NCBI GenBank assembly: GCA_050084515.1
Contig: CM114271.1
Span: 6,076,001 to 6,140,000, forward strand
DNA length: 64,000 nt
Source: Blasia pusilla
Lineage: Eukaryota
Direction: 5' to 3'
The position numbers and the translations under genes were made by a program. Below are positions 54,124 through 64,000 of the stretch, piece by piece. Under the pieces are notes generated by a model, which made no database searches, was not told the origin of the DNA, and saw only the letters and a list, made by a program, of their open reading frames with translations. Numbering within the stretch: position 1 is the stretch's first letter; every line of letters starts with the position of its first letter.

Positions 54124-54772
54124 GGCCGGGCACATCTAGCCCCACCGGGAACCCGTTCTTTCCCGGGACGGAAAGTCGGCGGTGTGACACGAAATACAAA
54201 CAAAGAGACCACTCGCTTCCCGCCCCGTTTTACCGGCGCTTCAGACTGCGAGACAGAAATTCTCGATTTGAACCGGGCAGCTCAGAACGCGGCCCGGATC
54301 TGCCCGCCGCTCGCCGGGCACCTGCTCCTTGCGACCTGCACCTCGGCGCGCGCGGCTATACGGGGGACGGATACGGATGAGAATCCGCCCACGGCGACTG
54401 TCTCCGTGGACGGTAGTGACAGGGAGGGAGGGAGGGAGGGCTCCCTCTACCCCGTCCCCGCAGCGCAGGCCATATCCAAAGCTTGACTCTGCCGGCGCAA
54501 TCCTAGCCTCAGAAGCCCGCGGAGCGGCGAATCTCCTCCACAGCTTTTGAAACGGATGGATGTACTGATGTAACACTGACGGAATGTGGCAGATGCACTC
54601 GAGCCGTGGATCTTGGGAATCTCATCCGCTGGATTCAAAGTTGCTGAGGTCCAACCAACGAACCCCTATAGTCCTTGACTAGATAGATAGAGTCTGGGGA
54701 TTTCCTTGTTACCAGATGCGGCGGGAAGGACTAAAGGAGAGTTTAATTCTTTTCCGTGCTGGGGAGCGTTTT
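54124..54772 (+). ncRNA. Candidate long structured ncRNA of unknown class
   Basis: Sharp GC-rich island in AT-rich flanks with seven nested long-range complementary segments and local hairpins. No credible ORF; ends in TTTT. Confidence 0.45.
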
Positions 54773-55294
54773 AATAATTATCGTATCTTTTTTCTTTTTA
54801 TATAATGTTTTATTACTGCTGAGGAATGTGAGAAGTTGTACGCACGTCATGTGTTTTTCTTTTATGTTAAATTTCGTTTTATTTTAAAAGTATTCTTACG
54901 TAATTTTTAATCATTGAAAGCGTTTTTTAATTAATTTTTGAAATATTTTCTTACCTTACATGGCGGGGCCATTAAACTATAAATTAATTCAAATGGTACA
55001 TGGTAGAGAAATTTTCATTTATGTAAATTTTTGGTAGAGAAAAATAGGTCAACAAGTTTGGAGGTAGAAGATGGATAGAAAATTTTAGAAACGTTTTTTG
55101 AATTTATTCTTTTAAATGAAAATTCAAAAGAAAATCGTGTTCTACATTTCTTAACACCTACTATTGTGGTGTTTCCCCTTGCTTTGCACTAGGCATCACT
55201 CGGTATGGAGACGGAAAAAATGGAACACAAGGGGAGAGATGATCTCTATGTCATTATTCCTTCATCCCTTCCCTCCTCTGTCTCTCCCCCTATA

Positions 55295-55470
55295 CTAGTG
55301 TAGGCCCGTACGATGCACAAATTTAAATTACCTCTTAAAATTATCAAAAACCATTTAAAATCAATTTCAAACAATCTTATTGGTTCAGAAGACAAGCAAT
55401 CTCATTGGTTGAAGTGTCAAGAAGAGAGGAGTTTGCAAAATGAAATGGCACTCTCTTATAAGAATATAGA
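55295..55470 (-). mobile_element. Non-autonomous Helitron, 176 bp
   Basis: Minus-strand 5' end TCTATATTCTTATAAG and 3' end ...GTGCATCGTACGGGCCTACACTAG; inserted between A (55294) and T (55471). Confidence 0.75.
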
Positions 55471-58400
55471 TGTTTTCCCTCTTCATAACGCCTTCCCCCC
55501 TATGTCTTTTCTTTTCCAAGTGATCTGACTATGCCTCTTGATCCTCCTCTTTTTTTTCCTCAAACTCCACTCTTCATTAATTTTTTTTTCCGTTCTCTTA
55601 TCCCTACATATTTGTTCCACAACCCTCTTCTAGTTGTTCCCTCCATAACCTCTTCCCCTCAGCTATCCACGGATCCCTCTCCCATGCATGAAAGAGGAGT
55701 AGGAGAATCACAACAATAAACTAGTCCTCTTAAGATACAAGGGATGAGACAAGGCCTTTGCAAAATTCCTTATCCCTCTTTCTTTTTTCCTTCTTCATTT
55801 ACTTTTCTTTTTTCAAATCTTCATATTTTTGGAAAATAGGTAGAATTTAACATAGTTTCAAGGGCTAAAAAAATATTCATAGTATAACTTAGATGAATTT
55901 TCTCTTGATGAAATTCAAAAAATCACATTCTAATCATGAAAATATTTAAAGAAACATAAAAATCTTGAAATATCTTGGAAAAACTTGATTGTGGCTATCA
56001 CATACTACATTTGGTAGTGGAGTCTCATTTGAATAAATCATGGGGAGGATTTTAATCCCACTAGGAGCATAGTTTAGAGGAATATGGCCTTTGAGAGTAT
56101 TATGTTGTTGCCAAAACCCTTTTGATATATAGAATAGACTTACTGTGATCTATAATCAATTGTAAGAAAAATCACTACTTTATCTAATATTAGTGGTATG
56201 CAAGTACAAGTGTCATGCACATTATTTTCATCACCCATATAGATTATAAATCAAAATCAGCAAACGTGTTTTAGTACGAAAACAAAATGCTTGCGTGATC
56301 ATGTACTAAAAATTATCCATTTTCAATCTTCAAAGGAACTTGCAAAAAATATTTTCTTAAAGTCAAGCCAAAGTTAAATATTGGGTTTTGGATGGAGTTA
56401 AATCTTGGGCGTCCCCATGTTAGTTGCCTCAACAATCGAAACATGAACTCTTAACATCTTAGGGTATACCCCCCTTATAGCTTTGAGATTGGAGATGGAT
56501 GGGATATGTTTGGGATTCTTGAGTATTTACTTAATTTTAAGAGATATCAGGGCTCATTATCCTCGTGGAGGTTTGAAAGTTGAAAATTCAGTGCAATGAA
56601 TGTGTTACATGCTTATTTATGGAGACACATGTAGTACTGCATCGGAAAAGGCGCGCCTTGGTCAGACATCACAATAACATAGAAGTGAAGTAGTACCAAA
56701 CCTAAAACATACTTTGATTGGTAGGCTTCTAGCAAGGCAAGATAGCTCTTATTATTAGAAGTTTTTCCCTTGGGCATGAAGCCATTTGGAATTGGAATTT
56801 AGCAGGAAGGAAGCAAGCAAGACCTACATTTGCGTCGAAGTCTCGTTGACCTTTAGAGAGCAGAGTTGATGTGATAAGGGCCTTCTGCTCCATTCTGAAG
56901 GTACAATATCTGATTCATCTCCCCTTTGCACATTATTGCATCCTATCTACTTCTTCTCATTCTGCCAAAATGATGGCGAATAGAGACTGAATCTAGAAGC
57001 AAAACGCAGCACGAATCCCTATAGAAGTTTTGCGCTTCAAATTATTTCTAGAGCCCAAGCCAAGCTTATCCTTTCCTCCATGCTTTAACCCACTATCACT
57101 CACTTATGTTGAATTCAATCATTTTCCATCTTTTCTTCTCTCCCAATTCTTCTCGATTCTAATCTATATCCGCCTCTTATATTAAACCTGCCTCTTTTTC
57201 CAACATCATTGTAACTTGTTCGTTTCTACTCGAGTCGCACATGTCTAGCAATATATATAAGACACCATAAAGAAGTTACCATGAAGTAGGAACGGATATT
57301 CAAGCATGGGAAAGATGGGGTTTATCATGTAATCTATTTCTCATGCGACATTGCAACATTATAGTTCCACTACACAACTTTGCATCAAAATCCACTCCCC
57401 AACATATTCATTTCGTGAAATTTGTTCCATCTTATCATAAAACTTGAATGTGTATACTCGATTTCAAAATTTTACATCTTGAAAATGACAGAAATTGTCC
57501 CATTCTATCTTCTCACCTCACACCAACAATTCTATGACCTCACGCAATAGTGTGTTGATCCTTTTGCAATGGAATATTTTTGAATCGATATGCTCTTTAC
57601 CCTCTGCCTCAAGGAGAAGATGAGCTTATGGTTTCTCTCCATTTGACGCCTTAATCAAACCCTTTTAAATTCTAAGGTTTTCTTTCTAAGCTGAGGTTAG
57701 AGCCGTTTTAGGGATACGTACCTCAACTTATAAATTGCACTAGGATTCGTGTCCATAAGAGTGGATTTCCATTAGTACCAAAAATGGGCAGCCCTTGGAA
57801 TTTATTGCACTGAATTTGAAGCGGGGCAGACAGAGTAGTACGTGTTATTGCTTCTCGCACAACACCATCCCAACTAGACCGTCAGAGTTCTCTCCTAGAC
57901 ACTTTTCATGGCATGCCAATCTAGTGCTTTGATTCTATTGGAAGCTCTAGTCCTAAGGTAAGGAAAACACACACCTTATCACACAAGAATGTCACACACA
58001 TTCATCACACAAGAATATATGAAAATGTAGATTCCTCAAGTATACGTCCTACACTATTTCAAACTTAATAGAAGAGATAAATAAGTTCTTGGGGAGAACT
58101 AGATATGAATAATTGAGAATCCAAAAGTTACTTGTTTATTAGGGCTCATGACCCAAATTGACTCTTAGAGTTATGTAAAATATCCATGTTCCTTTCCCCC
58201 ACAGTTAGCAACAAACAATATTCCAACTTATGTGACTTTTAGAGGACATTGTGTGCTCAATTGTGAGATCTTTGCTTTTGACTCTATTCTTCTTGAATGG
58301 GTCATAATTTGAGGTACTCCTTATTGGTGGGGGAGGATACTTATGTGTATCTCCAAAACATGACTTAAATGCTTAAATTCTAAGATTCACATAAATTCTT

Positions 58401-59013
58401 GTCATTTGTAGTAAGTTGATCCGCCTATTTTCCGTACGTCTCCAAAATTTGTCTCTATAATTTTGGTTACTTGTAAATCCAATTGTATCTACCTCATAAT
58501 AGACCTACAAGCTAAATTATTCATGAATACTTTGTGAGATAAGATATAAGAAAAATTCAGAGAAAATAATTACTTTCTAAATAGGTATAAAATTATAAAG
58601 ATGTGTATATCGATAATATACCTACTTATAAGGGCAAAGTTAAAGGTAGAGAGATTGAATCATAATTGGAAAGCAGAGATAAGATGGAAGTGAACTACCT
58701 TCTTGAAAAAGAAGAAGAAGAGAAAAGGTACAAAATTTTAGTTATTCTATTAACAAAATGTAAATTTTCCTTTGAACTACAATCAAAGTATGACAAGTTA
58801 CCTATACTAAGAAAAAAAAGGCTTAAAAATAAAAAGTCTCAAAGAAAAAATTGCTACAACATTTGGGCAAGTGCAAGAAAGGAAGAGGAGAGAAATTTTA
58901 TTTTTTTAAATAAGGAAATAGTTGTTTGACGCATGTAAAGTAGGGAGGTAGGATTTATTTGTTTTTTAAACTGAAAAAGGAAGTAGGTGGAATTGAGTTA
59001 GTCAGACAAGACA

Positions 59014-59133
59014 TGATATAGTTAGATTAGGATTACTACACTAGTTCCCACCACGACTTTGTAGTTAGGCACCCTTGGGTTGAGATAGTATTGGGATGGG
59101 TGACCTCATTGCAAGATCCAAGTGATGCATCCA
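59014..59133 (+). pseudogene. 5S rRNA pseudogene
   Basis: 120-bp full-length decayed match to bryophyte 5S: TACTACAC..TCCCA..AGTTAGGCACCCTTGGG..ATAGTATTGGGATGGGTGACCTC..TGCATCCA, followed by T-rich sequence. Confidence 0.85.
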
Positions 59134-59238
59134 ACCTGTGGTTTTCCACATATTGTCCTTATTTTTTACTTTTTTTTTTCACCAAATCGCCTTCTCCTTT
59201 TTGCTGGTCTTTTTAATGCGTAGGCATCTCCTCATAAT

Positions 59239-59674
59239 CAAGGTTGCACACGGACATGTCTGTGCGGGCACAGATTCCCACGGCTTGCACTTGGGCCGAC
59301 CTACCGGCAATGTAGATCTGGGCTCGATCAGCCTGCACCTAGTCTAGCAATTCGTCGCCTATTCTTGCCACCCATTTTTTAGCCCGTTGAGGTTAATATG
59401 GAGCTCGCGAGTGGCCTACATCGAGCTTATAGTCGGCTCACATGGGCATATGACAAGCTGTTTAGGGTTTTCCAGTCAGGCTCAATGCGGGTCTGGTGAG
59501 GGCTCGTAGCCCATACGCCCATTTGATCTCCTCCCACACCTATTCCCAAGTCCCGAGCGTGCGTGGATGACTAGAGTACAAGAAAAACATGGGCAAGGGG
59601 CTCATTAAGTCATTGGGCATATCTGTGGACATGTCCATCCCATTGACGGACAAGTCCGTTTCCATGCAACTTTG
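59239..59674. mobile_element. hAT-type MITE, copy 2
   Basis: TIR CAAGGTTGCA...TGCAACTTTG; 8-bp TSD CTCATAAT / CTCATAGT (7/8 match). Confidence 0.85.
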
Positions 59675-59992
59675 CTCATAGTAGGCAAGTGCCAACTGGG
59701 TAGCAACGAAATTTGGATCAAAAAATAGATTCCCCTCAAAATTAAAATACTAGAATGGTAAAGGAGGTACCATCTATCTAAACAAGGAAAGGGAAGCACA
59801 AGAGTATGATAAAGTTTTCAATCTAAAATAAACAAATATGCACATGAAATTAGGAAGTCTAAAGTTATGCCAAGATTGAATAATTTGACATGAACTTATA
59901 TTTGAGTGAAGAGATTGAAATCGTTAAAAAAAACATGTGATCAACTTTTCACTATTAAATCAAAAAGATTTATTGTAATTTGTTAAGTAACA

Positions 59993-60570
59993 TGTCGTGC
60001 GAATCCCCATCGTCATACAACATACATCGCTGATATACCATACTTACATACATACATAACATAGACGAGAGTATCCACAAACGCAAGTGTACCACAACTG
60101 AAATCCGTGAAAGACCTACTGTCATAAAACACGTTTACAATCATATACAATCGAGCCAAACCCACTCCACGATGGGAGAATCTAGGTTGAAGCTTGCGGG
60201 AAACACCATAGCCAAGAGCTCTACTCACTACCAAGGCTAACTCCCAACGCAACAGACTCAACTCAAAGAACTGACTGTTCTTTGAGGGCAAGCCACCTTA
60301 TATCCTCCAACCTAAGAGCGGGCCCTACTGGGAAAGTCACCCCCAAGTGAGTAACCCCCAACCCTATGTATGGAACCGCATCTCTACCAAGCCACTACGG
60401 TCCTACATAAGGAATGGCCTCTACCAGCACTATACTCTACGACATAATCCGTATGGTCATAACAGTTGTCGTGCGAATCCCCATCGTCATACAACATACA
60501 TCGCTGACATACCATACTCACATACATACATAACATAGCCGAGAGTATCCACAAACGCAAGTGTACCACA
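59993..60570 (-). repeat. Gypsy 3' LTR (578 bp) with 104-bp direct repeats at both ends
   Basis: TG...CA termini; 59993-60096 is nearly identical to 60467-60570; abuts the PPT. Confidence 0.8.
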
Positions 60571-60745
60571 ACTCGCCCCCCTAACTGGCGGTTAGGTCCC
60601 TCTAACTCCCAAGTAGCCCTATACATCTACTACATGCTATACACCTTCTTGGGTGCCCGAATCAGAAGGCCGGGTGCTAGGTTGCCCCATCGTTAGTCGC
60701 ACATCTGTAATCCATATCATGCAAAGATCAAGTCATCTACCTCTC

Positions 60746-63515
60746 CTAAGTACATCGAAGACAAACCCACCTTCCAGTAGGAACAACATCCAAACGTGGA
60801 GTCAAACACATCATGTGCCAACCCCTAGAACACCGATCACACACCAACATACGGGCTGCGTTACCAGCAGACCCACACAACATGCACCTCAAGCTAGCAC
60901 GTATCATGGGTAAGCTTGGGTCAACAGTACCATCCACATTTGGAATATGACATGACGCACAATTACGCACATGGTCCTTCCAAACAACTCCATCACGACC
61001 CTCCAACATGAGAACTCCAGAAGCTAACACCTCACGCACTCGTAAAATAGTGCGGCCTGCCGTCACATCCAACGTTGTCGGGCAACCGCTGCAAATAGAC
61101 ATAGTCCCCACATGGAACCTACAAATCGATGGTCGATAACCTCCACCCGAATGGTTGCATACCGCAACGTATCCCTGTGTTGAGCAATGGCAAGATTCTC
61201 AAAGGCTGTTGGCATAACTCTCCGAAAGAGCTCCGCCCGCTGAGAACACACCCTCATCCACATCTCTGGGTCATCAAGGTCCACCACCTCACTAGACTCC
61301 CGACTTAATTGTCTGGCAACTCGGATCTCGGCCGTATAAGAAAATAAGGTGAGAAGGAAGCCAAGGATGCTTGGCGATCGAACCTATACCCCATGGCTAA
61401 CCATGGCAACCGAATATCCGGTCTCCAAGATGCCCTTCAGAGGCCATACTTGCGCAATGCCCTCTTCACCGTCTGAACCACACGCTCAGCCAAACCATCC
61501 GCCTCTAGATGATCTCGAGACGTGGTCCGATGATCAATCAACGCCTTGTCACACAAGACCTGAAACTCACCCTGAAACTCAGACTGGTCGGTCAAGACTT
61601 CGGTGGTGCACCAAAATGACTAAGCACTCTATCCGTAAACGCATACGCCGTTCCCTCACTTGCCTTGTCCGATAATGCCACCAACTCAATCCACTTGAGA
61701 AGTGCTCCACCATCACCAACACATATCGATGATGTTGTATACCAATGGTAACGGTCCCGCAAAGTCCACACTCCAACGGTAACCCAACCCCATAATAGGC
61801 AAGGGGTGTAATTGTGGTGTAGGGGCATTAAATGATGCCCTCACCCGGTCACAAACCATACAACGTGACACCAAGTGCTGCACCTGAGTATGCATGCCAC
61901 GCCACAACATCGCCAAGGAGTAAGCTATACGACGCTTTACCCCAAAATGTCCCAACTCCTCATGGGCATGTGCACAATGCGCTCTCTCGAGCCAAATGTG
62001 GCACTACTGTACTCTACCATCCTCCCACATGCGGAGAATATGTGTTCCCTCCAATCAATACCTCTTAGCACGTTGAAGAACACGGTCTCGCTCCTTGGCA
62101 CTCACTATGCCTGGCACCCTACTGGTCCGTAGGAACTCCAACACTTACGCATCATCATGAATATCACGCTGATCCGTACCACCATCTCCAACCTTAGGAT
62201 CTAAAGGTGGCCATCTACCCTCGACTAGAGTAAGATATCATGTGGTCCTCCATACTAGAGTCCACCCTAACCAACATAAAAGGCGGATGCATGCCAACCT
62301 GGCACCATCTCCTCATCAACCTCGCCATGCCATCTAGCCCCGCTTGTATCCTCTTGGCTAGTACATGGGTTCCTACTCAACCCATCAAGATCAAGGTTGG
62401 CAACCTGTGTCTATGTATCACCCGGAAGTCATACTCTGTAAGATAAGAGCCCACCGTGCAAGCTTCCCCGTAAGCTTGTCCGACTCCATCAACCACTTGA
62501 GCGTGTGGTGATCGAGAATAACAAGGGTAAAGCGTGTGTGCCAAACAAGTAACACCTAAAGTGTGCCCACACCACACACCGCCAAGCACTCTCCCTCATA
62601 TGAACTATAGCGCGACTCTGCATTATTCGAACGACTTGCATAGGCCACCACAAACTCCATGTGCTCATCATCATGTTGTGTCAACACCGCTCCAAGTCCC
62701 AACCTAATCCAATCAGTGTGTAACTGAAATGGGCGCCCTTTGATAGGTCTCCTCAAGATAGGCGCCGCCACCAACTGGGCCTTAAGCTCCCCAAAAGCTC
62801 TCTCTTGATCATCTCCCCAGTGCCACTCTTGATCTGATTTCAGCAATTGGTTTAAAGGCTTTGCCATAGCACTAAATCCCTTCACATACCTCCGATAGTA
62901 GTTCGCCAACCCCATGAATGCTCGAACTCTACTCACATATACCGGACGTGGAATAAGTGCAATAGCCTCCACCTTTGCTTGCTGAACTCCCAAACCACCT
63001 GGATAGATCACATGACCCAAGTACTCAACATCCTCATGGAAGAACTTACACTTTCCTTGGATGCAACGTAGACCATGAGCTTTCAACCGCTCAAACACCA
63101 TCTGCAAATGTATCTGATGCTCCTCCACCGTGTTACTGAACACCAAGATATCATCAATGTAACACCGAACAAAATCCAACCCTGCTAGGATCCTGTCCAT
63201 CACTCTTTGAAACTCGGCAGGTGCATTCTTCAACCCAAAGGGTAAGAATTTCCACTGGTACAAACAATCCTTGCCATGAGAGTTGACACCCCAAAATGCT
63301 GTCTTGGCCTTGTCACTCTCCCGAATTGGCAATTGATGGTATCCTGCTCGAAGATCCAAAGTACTGAAAATCTTTGCCTGTCCCACCACATCAAAGATCT
63401 CCTCAAGTGTAGGCATGGCATACCTATCGGCCTTGGTTTGCCGATTGATAGGACGGTAATCTCCACACATCCGCCTATCCGTGTAGTTGCCATGCATATC
63501 CTTTTTAGCATGCAT
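60746..63515 (-). pseudogene. Gypsy pol (RT-RH-INT-PHD), frameshifted
   Basis: ORF pieces 62556-63515 (RT/RH), 61713-61955 and 61579-61776 (INT), 60746-61111 (INT C-terminus plus C4HC3 PHD). Confidence 0.92.
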
Positions 63516-64000
63516 GACAGTGGCTGATGCATACTCTCAGCGACAACTCCACTAATCCAGCCTCCAAAAGGTCCAACGCCCCTACTCGAATCAGGTCCCT
63601 CTCCATATCACTATATCGGTAGGGACGACGGAAGATTGGCGTATCACTAGCCAAATCAATCCGTATACCGGGTCCAACCTAAAACCCAACTCCTTCATGC
63701 TAAAGGCAAAACAACTCCTATAAGCACGTAGGAACCTGTGTCAGCGTCGTTTCTCACCTCACCTAAGCTTGGGCCCAAGTAATGGCTCCCAAGTCTCTCC
63801 CTTTGGCATACTAGAGGGAGAGGACGATGCCATTGGTCGCTACACAACCCCCTCACAAGATGATACACCCTTAGCTACACCATCATCGAGCAAATAACTC
63901 CTCCACCAAAGATGAGCAACCAACTCCACATGCCCAACCATTACATCCCATTTACTCCAAGGATGCAAAATACTACTCTCCTTGCCCTGACCGATGCCTC

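Larger units (their letters stand above)
59993..64000 (-). mobile_element. Ty3/gypsy LTR retrotransposon (3' part) with PHD-tailed integrase
   Basis: RT (RMCGDYRPIN, FSTLDLRAGYHQ, LPFGLKNAP, YIDD), RNase H (FQLHTDW, VAYASR), integrase (GHFGVKR...CMVC, WSVDFAGPL), PHD finger, PPT AGGGGGGCGAGT at 60571-60582, then the LTR. Confidence 0.95.

Noticed and set aside
54124-54772. Assignment of the structured island to telomerase RNA, RNase P/MRP, SRP RNA or a group I intron
   Set aside because: No CCCTAAA-type template. GGAAAGTC is present but without a properly placed partner such as GGGGCTTA. The minus-strand CAGGTCGCAAGGAGCAG resembles SRP helix 8 but the stem is short and its flanks do not pair. 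TATAGTCC is present but P/Q/R/S elements are out of order.

Overview
Eukaryotic nuclear DNA from a land plant, most likely a bryophyte (liverwort-like 5S relic, non-seed-plant-type Ty3/gypsy, many short introns). One intact gene is clear: a 26-exon phosphatidylinositol 4-kinase alpha (+, 11892-25265, about 2079 aa by my exon model) with a GC-AG first intron. The rest is mostly decayed transposons: a full-length Ty1/copia with LTRs and TSD, a Ty3/gypsy whose integrase ends in a PHD finger, CACTA, Harbinger and copia relics, hAT MITEs, small Helitrons, a 5S rRNA pseudogene and long microsatellites. Three things stand out. (1) A decayed P-superfamily-like DDE transposase (46.8-51.0 kb) sits directly behind an EDM2-type composite-PHD ORF, and a second diverged copy of that PHD ORF lies at 4.2-4.6 kb; together they suggest a DNA-transposon family carrying a histone-reader gene. 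(2) A ~640-nt GC-rich island (54.1-54.8 kb) has seven nested long-range helices, a USE/TATA-like upstream pair and a T-run, making it a candidate unannotated structured ncRNA. (3) An orphan spliced unit lies at 35.5-37.4 kb. All family assignments come from motif recognition by eye; no searches were run.
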